A DNA stretch of 64,000 bases from Octopus vulgaris (taxonomy: Eukaryota): assembly GCA_951406725.2 (NCBI GenBank), contig OX597824.1, positions 61,442,001 to 61,506,000 on the forward strand. The letters are read 5' to 3'. This document shows, piece after piece, positions 14,503-31,080 of the stretch (its first letter is position 1; every line of letters starts with the position of its first letter). The translations under genes and the position numbers were made by a program. The notes under the pieces are model-generated. The model was given only the letters and a program-made list of their open reading frames with translations. It did not search any database and was not told the DNA's origin.

Positions 14503-14505
<3 letters not shown>
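13255..14505. repeat. Dispersed repeat with nested inverted copies (PLE-terminal-like)
   Basis: 13705-13925 is inverted to 14190-14422, and 14072-14137 is inverted to 14440-14502. Confidence 0.75.
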
Positions 14506-14556
<51 letters not shown>

Positions 14557-14874
14557 CAGAGAGAGAGAGAGAGAGAGAGAGGGGGAGAGAAAGAGAAAGA
14601 GAGAGCGCGAGTGAATATATAAGGGATAAGTTATCTTAGATGATACCGTATTGTTTCTCAAGTTGGTTTAGATGACTGCTTCATTATATAGTACTCAAGC
14701 TTAGGAAGATATACTGGTACTGGTAAATTTTTCTCGGATAATTTCGCGTTCCTATTCAGAAATACCAATTATCCGTAGAGAATTTAATAATGTTGATAAC
14801 GAAGAGGAGAGTGGAGATTTCATGCACATGCGTAACTGTCTTTATTTAAAAGGTTTCTACAACATATACACCTG

Positions 14875-14958
14875 ACCTACATATGTTTCGACTGCAGCAA
14901 CTGCACATTACTTTGTATGCAATTATACATTCTAGTCGTTGCAATTTTATCAAGGGCC
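14875..14958 (-). ncRNA. Hammerhead-like motif with long helix II, decayed
   Basis: Minus strand: CC-TTGATAA-AATTGCAACGACT...AGTTGCTGCAGTC-GAAAC-ATAT-GTA-GG. Confidence 0.55.
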
Positions 14959-14982
14959 ATTCATTCACGACACTTTCAAATA

Positions 14983-15033
<51 letters not shown>

Positions 15034-15038
15034 GTGTG

Positions 15039-15070
<32 letters not shown>

Positions 15071-15434
15071 CGTGTGTGTGTGTGTGTATACAGTTAATAA
15101 ACAAAAAAACATATATCAGGAAGAAGCAAGTTCTGCATTGCGGAGAAACCCGAAATTCTTAAGGGCTTTAAGAAGCCTGCGCATTAAATAGCCGTAAAGA
15201 ATCGTTTCCTAAATGCATTCACTTCAAGCGCTACTTACTAGAAAATTGCATCTCCCCGTTTGCTCGTTAAGCTTCTATAAATGCTTTTTTTTCTCTCTGA
15301 TTAAGGAGAAATAACCCGTACTCATCAACGTGTTTTCGTATTCCTCGAGTTCTGAACGTCTCCTCACGTCAGCGACGTAGATATTTTAAAATGTTGTATT
15401 CATATAAAATCTGATGGAATGTCCACAACGCTTT

Positions 15435-15810
15435 TACGAAAGGGTGCTGAAAAGTTCCCGACTGTAAGGGTATCGCGAAAGGGTTGAGCTGTTACCTTAC
15501 AGAGTTGTAGGACAAGTATTTAAGTGAAAGTATACAAAAATTAATGATGTACAGAATATCATTCTCTTTTCTTTTTACAGATCTAATGCATGATGGCAGC
15601 TCCTACAATGGATTTTGGTGAAATTGAAGCACGGACAGTCATGGAGTTTCTCGTTCTGCAAGGCAAAGGAGCGTCGCAAATCTATGGCGAGATGAAGCAA
15701 GTCTTCAAAGATGGCTTCTCACTTTACCCCACAGTGCAAATTTAGGTGTCAAGGTTTGGGATTGCTCATTTCGTGGTCACAGATGAACTCGGACCAGGAC
15801 GGCCAACTGT
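15435..15810 (+). mobile_element. Mariner 5' fragment (TIR plus transposase HTH region)
   Basis: tacgaaagggtgctgaaaagttcc TIR-like end. ATG at 15608 gives MDFGEIEARTVMEFLVLQGKGASQIYGEMKQVF...DELGPGRPT. Confidence 0.8.
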
Positions 15811-15974
15811 ATGCATACATGCATGTATGTATGTATGTATGTATGTATGTATGTATGTATGTATGTATGTATGTATGTATGTATGTATGTATGTATGTAT
15901 GTATGTATGTATGTATGTATGTATGTATGCATGGATGTTTGCATGTATGTATGTGTGCATGCGCGCGCGCGTGT

Positions 15975-16165
15975 GTGTGTTTGTGCCCCCGCCACTTGAC
16001 AACTGGTGTTTGTGCGCCCTCGAAATATAGCAGTTCGGCAAAAGAGACCTATAGAATAAGTACGAGGCTGGAGGAAATAGGTGCTGAGAGCAATTCGTTC
16101 GACTAAAATTCTCCAAGGTAGTTCCCCAAGACGGTAGCAGTCGAATGACTGAAGCAAGTAAAACA
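15975..16165 (+). mobile_element. SINE family A, 3' part, embedded in (ATGT)n
   Basis: Contains cttgacaactggtg, ttcggcaaaagagac and gaatgactgaagcaagtaaaa. Confidence 0.75.
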
Positions 16166-17047
16166 CATATATACGCGCATACATACATAAATACATACAT
16201 ACACACACATAATACACACATACATACATTCATACATAAATACATACATAATACATACATACATACATACATACATACATACATACATACATACATACAT
16301 ACATAATACATACAGTGATATCACAATCGTGATATCACTGCTCTCACCGAAATCAATAATCCAGGATCTGTTGGATTTCACCAACGTTGAACTCTTTAGT
16401 TTCCAAGGATCGATAAGCTTAGCAACAATTTAATTGGCTGTCTTCATTCCTCAAAAACTTCTGACCTCGTGCTAATATCAGAAATTAATATTTTGTCATA
16501 TTTCCCAAGACAAGAAAAGTAATTTCAATTCACGCGAGAATTAAACTAAAAACATGCAAACTATTGAATTAAATGCAACACATCTTATCGATATAAAACA
16601 TGTAGAATCACGTTGAGAAACATACTTCCCTGTTGAGCTCTAGCGGTTCTAAAGGCGTTAATATATTCCTACACATTGTATGTATGATTATGCAACCCAA
16701 ACAATTTCGATCTGATCAAAATGAAGAAACTGCCAGTGATGTACCACCGGATAAGCTTCTACAATTAGATACGTCTTCTACTATAAACTTATTGATTGAC
16801 TCACTGTAAAATTAAATGCGTCGCTAACATAGAAAAACCTAATCAATATTGCGACCGTTTCATTTAATGTTTATGTTAGCATCATATACATAGATATAAA
16901 TCACACAGAATTAAACATGTAATTACTAATCGGTGTATTGGCGAGACGACTGACATTGATAATGTAGTATACTGCTTATTTCATAGGTCAGAAGTTCAAA
17001 ATGCATTACCAGAATTGTCAGTTTATCTCTGTAGTACCCCAGGCAAC

Positions 17048-20360
<3,313 letters not shown>

Positions 20361-21244
20361 ATAACCCAACTGTTGAGAAGAGATATCAAATCATTTCGTA
20401 ATATTTGGGATCTGTTCAGTAATCTTCGGTATTCTCTCTTCGTTAATACTATCGCTCTCAAACTCTAGTTCTGATTGCAAATTGTCTCAATAACATTTGT
20501 TATGAGCAACATTACAAACACACTAAATGAAGCATACTCTTGTATATCCACCGCCATATTTTATTCAGCTACAACTGATTCCAGCCATATTGTTAAGAAA
20601 TGAGTAGCAGAAGCTGCTTTGGATTCCAGCTGAATATCGATGTAACTTCAATTATGTCACTAATGTTCTTCGAAATGGCAAGTAACTTTCTTTCTAGGAC
20701 ACATCTTCTTAGATATTAGTTTCATGTGTTTTTAAGGACGGAAAATAGGAAGTAGTGATTATCCGAACGATCTGGTTTTGTACTGGTCATAAATAAGATG
20801 GATTTTAGGAGGTAAAAAATTGAATGTTGTAACGTTCAAGCTATTCTCGTGATGTTCACACCTTATTGATGTTTAAGCCAGACGCAAAGCGTATAAATAC
20901 AAGAAGTTTCGGAGTATGTTAAAGGTTGTTTGCGCTTCCTCTCTTCTCATAAATTTATAATTGTTTCTCATATAAATCCAAAGCTTGACTCTTGATATTC
21001 TTTTGAGCTCAAATCTCGTCGAGGTTTACTCCATTTTAGCTCTCTCAGAGGGATAAAATAAAGGACTACCCAAACATATGAGAGTTCATATTGACTATAT
21101 CATCTCCCCCACCAAAAAACAAATAGCAAAAAAAGAAAATAGAAAAGAAAAACGTTGGCTGTTTTTCTTTTCTAAATGCCATATATTTAAAGAATATCCT
21201 ACAGAGGAAGAATTGACCTCCATGCTTTTCGAGAAACAATAATG

Positions 21245-21332
<88 letters not shown>

Positions 21333-21547
21333 GTGTATATGTATGTATGTACGGAATCTTGCATATTCTTTGTATTAATTCTCAAATTATCCAAATCCCA
21401 AAGAGAATCCAATAATGGGGAAAGTAGTTGTGGGTCATGCTGGTTACTGTTTCAATTTCGTGTTTCTAGTTAAAAAGTCAATTAATAAATTTCAATTCAC
21501 ACTTTATTTCATATTCTCTGGTTCTGTAGTTTGCTCCGCATAGTCAT

Positions 21548-21768
21548 GATGATTTCAAATTTTGGCATATAGCAAGTAATTTCGGAGGAGAGGCTAAGTC
21601 GATTACATCGATTCCAGTGCTCAACTGGTACTTATTTTATCGAACCCGAAAGGATGAAAGGCAAAAAGTCGACCAGGGTAGAGTTTGAACTCAGAGCGCA
21701 AAGACGGGCGAAATGTCGCTGAGAATTATCATCCGGCGCGGTAACAATCTAGTCACCTCACCGCCTTG
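21548..21768 (-). mobile_element. SINE family B
   Basis: Contains caactggtacttattttatcga..ccgaaaggatgaaaggcaaa and tttgaactcaga (B-box-like on the minus strand). Confidence 0.8.
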
Positions 21769-22500
21769 TTCCGCATCGTAATTTTAACGAAAATTTTCTT
21801 TCATCTTCCTACCACAAGTTACCTAAATTACTCACTGGCCCATATACTTCGGGGACGTAATTACATCACCATACAGCTAATGAAATCGGGATAGCAAACC
21901 CTATTAATATATTAACCCGGCACTGTATTAATTCAACTTTACCATTAAGTGGTGTTAGTTATTTTTTAATATAATTTTACAAATACAACTCTATTCCTAT
22001 TAGAATTTTAATGGTACATACACTAATTGGACACAAATTGTAGTTGAACAACCCCCTAGAATTGTTAAAGAAGTAATTTCGAAAAACACGCGAAATGTTT
22101 AAAACCAATCTTTCAGATTAGAAGTGAGGTCTTTTTATCATTAGAAAAATGGAAAAGAATATTTTTGTTTTATAGTAGAGTTTTCGATTTGGAAATGTCT
22201 CTTCTGTCAAGCCAATGTTGTTTGCAACAAATGATCATTCATAGCTAATGAGGCTACATTATTTGTCTGTATTTCATCGTAATGCTGCTCTATTCTTGCA
22301 CTTCCTGCTCTGTTAAAACTCAGAGAGAAATAATTAGTCAACAGAGTGAAAGATTAAATGTACTGGAAGCAAACGTACACACTTGGATATATCAAAATAA
22401 ACACAAGGTCAGACATAGAGGCAGACATGCATACAAACACACAAACACACTAACACACATATTTTGGTGTTGTCCAGCTATTTAATACTATCTCTCTGCA

Positions 22501-22583
<83 letters not shown>

Positions 22584-22741
22584 TTGTCTGTCTGTCTGTC
22601 TGTCTGTATGTCTGTCTTTCTGTCTGTCTGTCTTAATGTTTGTTTTGTGTTGTAATAAAGACAATTTTATAATACACCGAATGATCACTCGATGCATTTG
22701 GTAGAGTACACTTTTATTATTCTTTAACAAGAATAGTATTG

Positions 22742-22786
22742 GCAGTGACTTCGAAGTTTCGGCTAGTTAAGTCATCATCGAATGGT
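22742..22786 (-). ncRNA. Degenerate hammerhead-like motif
   Basis: Minus strand: TCGATGA-TGACT-TAACT-AGCC-GAAAC-TTCGAA-GTC, with palindromic ACTTCGAAGT. Helix I is poor. Confidence 0.4.
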
Positions 22787-23059
22787 ATATAAATATTCAG
22801 CTTCTTTTACAAAAAGAAAATTTATTCAAAATTTCAACCCACTATACTCAGCCTCTCAGCATTTAGCTGGTTTCTAGTCCTCCATGTCAGCTAACCTTTT
22901 CTCATCAACATTAATATTTATGCTCGCCCAAGCCGTTTACTGTTCACCAATACAGTAAGGTGTTCTAAGAAAAGGGAGCCATAAAAATCGTCTAATTTAG
23001 TCTGAGCATTGTGTACACACAGAAATACACACGCACAGAAACACACACACATATGCCAA

Positions 23060-23345
23060 ATTCTCAACAGGCAGGTCAGTTGGAAAGCCACTCTGCGCTT
23101 CAAAGACAAACTAAAAGACAATATGAAGCGATGCAACATTCTCTTTTCTTCCTGGGCAAACAAAGCATCAGAATGCAGGACCTGGCGCCATTCCGGCTTC
23201 TCCTCTGTTCAAAGTTTTGAGCAAAGTCGATTCCAGCATCGCGACCAAATTCGTGCAAGGATGAAGGCACGCTGGCAAAATGCTGCCATTGTGGTTTTGT
23301 GACACGAAGCAAAGCAAGCCTTGCCGTCCCCTCATGAACACACAT
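23060..23345 (+). pseudogene. RTE-clade LINE extreme 3' fragment
   Basis: LRFKDKLKDNMKRCNI..SW...RTWR...FEQSR, followed in another frame by a CxxC (KCCHCGFVTRSKASLA). Confidence 0.75.
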
Positions 23346-23519
23346 GGTAAATGCTCCTCAAGCACTCGAGCAAACTGAGTCCTTAATTTGTTCCATTTGC
23401 CAAAAGTTTTGCAAGGTATCGGCAGGCCTCAAGAGACACATTCGTGTCCATAGAACATGATTATCGCTTTATTTTTCTGAACTTTTATTTATCGTTCATG
23501 ATAAGAGAATATATCACAT

Positions 23520-23656
<137 letters not shown>

Positions 23657-23898
23657 AAATGTAAGATTGAGGGATTGAGGTGCAGGAAGAAAGTTAGCTT
23701 CAAGCAAATTAGAGTAAATATTAAAAAACAACTTTCAGGGACAATCGCTGTTGATTGAGACGGAAGGTAGTGAATTGTTTTCGTATCGAAGTACGATAAA
23801 CTGAAAAAAGGTCTTTTTATATTTCACAGTAGGCGACCAGGGTGGCCGGGTATGCGAATAAGAATACGAACGTTATGGAATGTAGTAGATAAGTTCCG

Positions 23899-24068
23899 AG
23901 CTACATATGTTTCATAGCCAGCGGAACCTCAGAAGTGGTAAATATCCAGGCGAGGTGTATACCGCAGGCTACTCTCCAGGCCAAGGAAGGATAACCTGAA
24001 GAGTAGTCTGCGGTATACACTTCAGCTGGATATTTACCACTTCTGAGGTTCCGTTGTCTATGAAATTA
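23899..24068. ncRNA. Head-to-head inverted pair of long-helix-II hammerhead-like motifs
   Basis: Left arm on minus: CTGGAGA-GTAGCCTGCGG...CCGCTGGCTAT-GAAAC-ATAT-GTA. Right arm on plus: CTGAAGA-GTAG...CTAT-GAAA. Arms ~75 bp with a 14-bp spacer. Confidence 0.6.
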
Positions 24069-24074
24069 TATATA

Positions 24075-24780
24075 TAGTGGGCTGAAAAGTTCATAGGTTA
24101 GCTATGGCGGAATAATACGAGAGCTGGGAAATCATGTATGCATGCATTAATTTCAACACTTCTTAATAATAACTGCATTGTTTCTTTTGAACAGTCAGAT
24201 GACTGTTCAAAATAGATTTCAAAATGAACTAGGAGCGACGTCTCTTGAAAATGACCAAGATTTGGCATCGTGATGTTATCGAGTACCTACAGAAAAGTGG
24301 TTTAGCCCCCAAGGACATTCATGCTGGCATTGTTGCTATATTAGGGGTGAAGCTCCAGCTTTATCAGCAGTTCAAAGTTGGCAGCTGAATTTAGGAGGAA
24401 AATGGCAAGTTTGAAGATGACCCAAGGTTTGGACGTCCTGCAACTGCTACCATCAAGGAAAACAGTGATCGCATTGCTATATGCTGATGGATGACAGGCT
24501 TTTGACTATAAATCATATAGCAAATGCTATTAGAATATCCTGTGAGAGAGTTGACAATATTCTGCACAATGAACATGGTCTGACCAAGGTTTCTGATCGA
24601 TGGGTGTCATATCTTCAGTTGCTTAATCAAAAGCATACCCGGCTGATCACACCACGGGGAAATCTGACTTTGTTTAAAGCAGATCTAAAGCAAGAGGGAC
24701 TTAGTGAAAAATACACCTGATTTGGTTACATTCCATTAGAATATATTGGTTAGCCTATGAACTTTTCAGCTGACACTCGA
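24075..24780 (+). mobile_element. Internally deleted mariner (non-autonomous)
   Basis: TIRs gctgaaaagttcataggttagc / gttagcctatgaacttttcagc. Remnant DDPRFGRP...DRLLTINHIANAIRIS..VDNILHNEHGLTKVSDRWV. Confidence 0.9.
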
Positions 24781-24981
24781 ATGTATGTACATACATAATG
24801 CATACATACATACATACATACATACATTCATACATGCATACATACACATAAATATGCAAACATGTATCTAATATTGAGTGTGTACTTAGTTTTACTAACT
24901 TTAAGACAATATGAGTTAAATGAAGAACATTTTAAAAATTTAGAATGTCATCACCTACACATATACGCATGTATATATATA

Positions 24982-25038
<57 letters not shown>

Positions 25039-25101
25039 TGTTATATTTCGGAATGGTCATTTTGCCAGTTTAGCCAATATTTGCACAACAAATATTTAAA
25101 C

Positions 25102-25149
<48 letters not shown>

Positions 25150-25194
25150 TATGTATATATACAAATATATATATGTGTACTGTTCCGTGATGTC

Positions 25195-26095
25195 CTAAAT
25201 AAATGAATGATGAATAGGAAGGGGGATTCTCTTCTCTTCTCTCCCCCCTCTCTCTACCTGCTTCCCTCCCTCCCTCCCTCCCTACCTACCTACCTACCTA
25301 CCTATCTATCTATCTATCTATCAATCTACCTACCCAAAAGCAAAAACGTCAACAAAATGAGCGATAAATATTATTTAAGAAAAATACATGCTTTTATGTG
25401 CTACTAATAGTTTCATATGTTGAGAAATACCACAAATATATACATCAAGTACAAACCATATGCAACGAACTAAAAATTGAATGACAGAAGAAACGCGAAA
25501 AGTTGAGAACGAAGCATATACAAAACGTGGAAGATTGGAAAATGTAAAACGTAAAAGTAAAAACGGCATAGACCTTAAATTATACATTTCATCAAAAAAT
25601 TATATCCAAAATTGAATGTTTTAAAGAAAAGCGATGACAGTACATTTTGTATTCTAAATCTAACTCAAAGAGAATAAAAAGAGAAGAAAAGAGGAAAGGT
25701 GGAAGAGGAAAAAGAGAGAAAGAAAGCAAAAAGACTTTCAGTGATGACCACACCACATCTGTTTTCTTTGTGTTTTTTCTTAAAGATGTCACCATCCTTA
25801 AACTCATTTCAATACAATGGTAAATGACTAAATAAATAAATGAATGATGAATAGGAAGGGGGATTCTCTTCTCTTCTCTCCCCCCTCTCTCTCTCTCTTT
25901 CTCTCTATCTATCTATCTATCTGCCTACCTACTTCCCTCCCTCCCTCCCTCCCTCCCTCCCTCCCTCCCTACCTACCTACCTACCTACCTACCTATCTAT
26001 CTATCTATCTATCTATCTATCAATCTACCTACCTACCTATCTTTCTATCTCTTTATCTCAATTGTCATGGAACCTCACCCAAAAGCAAAAACGTT
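25195..26095 (+). repeat. Direct repeat pair (25195-25350, 25830-26095) containing tetranucleotide microsatellites
   Basis: Identical aataaatgaatgatgaataggaagggggattctcttctcttctctcccccctc in both. Both end in cccaaaagcaaaaacgt. Confidence 0.85.
25397..25453 (-). ncRNA. Degenerate hammerhead-like motif
   Basis: Minus strand: TGTAC-TTGATGT-ATATATTTG...CAACATAT-GAAAC-TATTA-GTA-GCACA. Confidence 0.4.
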
Positions 26096-26396
26096 GTTCT
26101 CCTCTTCTAAACACCCCCGCCAAATATCTGTTTTATATAAATAAACAAGGTGTTTGAACAAATTTCTATCTGACAAGTTCGAGAAACGAACGAAAGTGTT
26201 TTTTCTCAATATATATATTGACCTTTTTTATCAATATATATATATATATATATATAAATATATACTGGGATGAAATACATCCTTCCATCCATCCATCCAT
26301 CCATCCATCCATACGAACATACCTACCTACCTACCTACCTACCTACCTACGTACATACATACATACATACATGCATACATACATACATATATACGT

Positions 26397-26780
26397 AAGC
26401 GTGGTTGTGTGGTAAGAAGTTAACTTCCCAGTTACCTGGCCTTGGGTTCAGTCCCACAATGTGGCATATTGGGCAAGGGACGTCTACTATTGCCTCGCGC
26501 CGACCAAAACCTTGTGAGTGCATTTGGTATACGGAAACTAAGAGAAGTCTGCTTATATATATGTATGGGTGTGAATTTGTGTCTGTGTTTGTCCCCCACC
26601 ATCACTTGAAACCGGCGTTGAGCGTTTGTGTCCTTGTATCTTAGCAGTTCAGCAAAAGAGACCGATAGAATAAGTACCAAGCATGTAAGGAATAAGTACA
26701 GGGATCGATTCATTCATCTAAAAATCCTTCGAGTCTGACCCAGCAGGGCAAAAGTATAATGACTGAAACGAGTAAATGAT
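26397..26780 (+). mobile_element. tRNA-derived SINE family A, near full length
   Basis: A-box-like tggttgtgtggtaaga and B-box-like ggttcagtccc. Body cttgtgagtg..tttggta, tail aatgactgaaac. Confidence 0.85.
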
Positions 26781-28086
26781 AGCGGATATGTTTATACGTA
26801 ATGTACTCATGAAATTATATCGACCGGTAAGTCAGATTTTGACTATCTTTACAGAATACAGAATATTTATTCCACATTTAATAAACGCCACTGGTAATGT
26901 GGACATAAACATGAGAGTGATATTATGAAAATGGCACGATTGAAGTTCAGCATTATCCATTGATATTTAAAACCAATTGTCCAAGCTTTGAATGTGTATT
27001 CTCAGATGCATCCGTTATCATGTCCCTATCTTCAATATTGCTACGAATGGAATATAATTATCTCAACAGTGGAGTCTTTAACGAAGAAAGTGTAAATGTG
27101 CATGGGAGACAATGGAAGTGAGAGGTAGAGAGAGAGAGAGGTAGAGAGAGAGGTAGAGAGAGAGAGAGAGAGAGATTGTTTATTGATATAGTGTAAAAAG
27201 AGATAAAGGAATCTTGTTCATTGATATTTAGTCAGCCACGAATAACTCACTGTGTACATGGTCATGATATTGAGCATTTTAAATACACACAGGTCTGTAA
27301 AATTTAAATTCTACACCCGTAAATAGGCTAATGTCTTTCCTTTGAAAAAGATGGTAGACTGTATACCGTTTATTTTTCACCTAGCAATTATCACTTCATA
27401 ATACAAGACAGAAAGGAGAGTTGTGATATCCATTCTCCCACAACAGTATTAGATGTGTGAGAGGATTTAAATCATTCTAACCAAAGATCAGTATCGTATT
27501 GCAGTTAACGATCACTACATTAGTTCGTGGTGTTGAATTTTCAAACACATGCATGCGAGTAAAAATGCAACCCAGATGCAAAGATAAGACTAATGGCAGA
27601 ACTTTCAATTAACTCATCTAGGTTTATTTCTTTAAGAAAGAACTGCCTTCATTATTTGATTCTAGTGGCTGATCTCTGGTTAAAATCATATCAATCTTTC
27701 AGTGCTCTCTAGCTTTTATATAACTTTTAGCCTTTAGTATGTAAAGGTGTAGTGCATGTATATATATATATATATATAAATTGGTGTACGTTTATATATA
27801 TATATATATATATATATAAATTGGTGTACGTTTTTATACGCAAAAGAGAGGTGACCTAGTTGAAATGTGTTTGTTTCATTCCCTTTGAAATTATTCTTAT
27901 TCGTGGTTTGGGTTTTAACTGACCTTTCCAGTGTGTAAGGTGTCCAGTTAAGGTCACCTCTTTTGTGTATAAAAACGGACATTAATTTATATGAAAAATA
28001 TGTTGGCTATTGACTTTATTACCCATGCTGGCCACCGGTAGAATATTTCTCTAAATGTTCTACTCTTATTATTTTCACATACACAG

Positions 28087-28200
<114 letters not shown>

Positions 28201-28355
28201 ACATACATACACACACACACACACATACACACGCACACGTATATATATGTTTCAAGTTTTGGCAAAGTGTTAGCAATATAATTGACTTCGAAAGGATGAA
28301 AGGTAAAATCGAATTTGAACTCGAATGTAAAAATGCACGAACTGACACTGAGCAT

Positions 28356-28428
<73 letters not shown>

Positions 28429-29081
28429 TATATGATTATATATATATGTATGTATATATATATGTATGTATATATATACATATATATATGTGTGTGTGTG
28501 TGTGTGTGTATGTGGGTAAATAAGGAGAGGGGAGGAGTTAAAGGAAGATAACGTAAAAATTTACAAAATAAAGTAAAATGAAAGGGATTCAATGAGAATA
28601 GTAGGTACCAGTGTTCATCTACTAGTTTGTAGGGGTTGGGTAAAAATCTAGTAGTAAGTGCTTGTGTCCGTTTTATGGCTAAGGTCAGTGGCTATAGAAA
28701 TATTTTTAGCTATGCGGGTATGAGCGTGTAGGTGGTCGTAAATGGAGAAACTGTACCCCCTTGCTTCCCTAGCTTTCTCTCTTTCTATTTATATGTCTTC
28801 TCTTTATCCCGTCATAGCCACCTCTGCTACCATTCTCTTACGAAATTTCGATACGTTTGCGCTTATACTATAGATATTTAGACTATTAAGGCTATAACCA
28901 TTCAAAGATTTATACAGGATTGCACCTAAGAACGTATGGACTAACATCTACACTATCGGAAAATAGATCTCTGTGAACTTTTATGCTTCCTTTTTCTTCT
29001 TTTTCTTCATTTCTTTATTCCCTTTCTCCTGTACTCTATGTCATCGTTTCATTAATCTACACCCTCACATTTTTCTTATTT

Positions 29082-29137
29082 GTCTCCGATGATGGAATAT
29101 CCCATACTTTGGGATATCCCAGAAACAGGTGTAAGAC
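29082..29137 (+). ncRNA. Type I hammerhead-like motif (U4C core, 12-bp helix II)
   Basis: GTCT-CCGATGA-TGGAATATCCCA(TACTT)TGGGATATCCCA-GAAAC-AGGT-GTA-AGAC. Confidence 0.65.
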
Positions 29138-29367
29138 TGAATTTTTCCAATAATAATAACGTATATGACTTGAGATATTTGCTTTGTCTTAACACTTGTC
29201 CTCTTTAATAATTATATAGCCGCAATATCGGAAATCTACAATGGTTGCATAACTCCCGTCTCAGCTATGACCTTGGAGCCGCGGTAATCAATTACAGTAC
29301 TTATCAGCGTACCTAGTCGTTTAAATCACTTGTGAACTAAACACCGATATTTTGTACATATCGCATT

Positions 29368-29508
29368 AGTAGCTGTGTGGTAACTGCTTACCAACCAGGT
29401 GTTCAGTCCCAATTGCGTCACACTTTTGGCAAGTGTCTTCTACTAGAGCCTCGGGCCGACCAAATCCTTATGAGTGGATTTGGTAGACGGAAGCTGAAAG
29501 AAGCCCGT

Positions 29509-29583
<75 letters not shown>

Positions 29584-29830
29584 GTGTGTGTGTGTGTGTG
29601 TGTGCGTGTATGCTTGTGTGTCTGTTTGTCCCCCACCATCGCTTGACACCCGATGATGGTGTGTTTACGTCCCCTTATCTTAGCGGTTCAGCAAAGAGGC
29701 GGATAGAACAAGTACTAGGCTTATAAAGAATAAGTCCTAGTGTCGATTTATTCGACTAAAAATGCGGTGCTTCAGCATGGCCGCAGTCAAATGACTGAAA
29801 CAAGTAAAGGAGTAAAAGAGTAAAAGAGTA
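29368..29830 (+). mobile_element. tRNA-derived SINE family A with internal (TA)n/(TG)n
   Basis: Contains gttcagtccc and gggccgaccaaa..ttatgagtggatttggtagacggaa; tail (AGTAAAAG)n. Confidence 0.88.
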
Positions 29831-31080
29831 TATATATATATATATATATAAAGAAATAATTAAGATTCCGTTGAATAAGGTACTTAAGTTGAAGCACCAA
29901 GTCAGTCTGATATTATCGGCACAGCTTGAAGTAAGGTGAATTAAATCAAAATAAGGAACAGCATATCATGTTGCAATGCAGTACAACCGCTTCAAGCGGC
30001 TTGAAACGGTCGTACTGCATTACTATTTGGTATCCTGTTGCTTATTTTGATATATTATACATACATACATACATACATACATACATGCCATATATACATA
30101 TATGCATATATATATATACGTGTGTGGTTTGTGTATCTGTGTGTTTGAGTGTGTGCGTGTGTGTCTTTGTCTGTGTGCATGTATGTCCGTGTGTGTGTAT
30201 GTGTGTGCGCGTACGTGTGTGTGTATATGTGTCTGCCTGCGTGCGCGTGTGTAGCTTTGAAGCTTTCCTCTCTTTCTCTTTTCCACCCTTTCCAGGTGTG
30301 TGCATGTATATATTGTCACACAGTAAGCACATGGAATAAATTTTCTTATCTCTTCACCCTAAAGTTCATCTTAAAATGTGATCGTGATCTTTATGTCGCT
30401 GGAAAATGCAAATAAAATGTTAACATTAAAAGAATTTTGACCTTTTAAATATAAGCAAACGGTTAGATAGACAGATGGATGGATGGATAGATAGATAGAC
30501 TGTCAGTCATAACTTTTGATTCGTTGGCCAGTATTTTAAACAAGTTTTCAAATAAAACTTATAATCAATAGACGCAGTAATATAAACGACAAAATTAGTA
30601 AATACATAAAGCTGTTGATGAAGTTTATTTATTTATTTAAATTATTTTTTCATGTATATTGTGTAGTTTTAAACTTCAAGTCTGTATGCGTTGAGAACAC
30701 AAGAATCAAACTTTATGAACTGTGTTGAAATGTAAGATCATTGTCTAATAACATTGTGTTAGTTGCATAATTTTATATGTGAAAGCGAACGTATTTATAA
30801 CGTACTGCATGAGAGCTAATTGTCATGTGTAATGAGGAGAGCGTTCGCTTTGTACAAGAATTGCCTTCGTTGCGTTCAGGGCTACTTACATCGAGCAAGA
30901 CAGTGTCTGTTTCCAATGCTTTCCTAAGAATTAGACTTATGAAAGTATCTCCAAGTGAAAGCAGATAGATATATGCAGACAATCAGACACCAACCACCGA
31001 ATGACTTCTGTCAACATGAAACAAAATTTCCAGACTCGGATATATATATATATATATCTGATCATTTGTAGGATTTAGTA

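Noticed and set aside
26397-26470. tRNA-like A/B boxes
   Set aside because: These are SINE heads without a complete cloverleaf, not tRNA genes.
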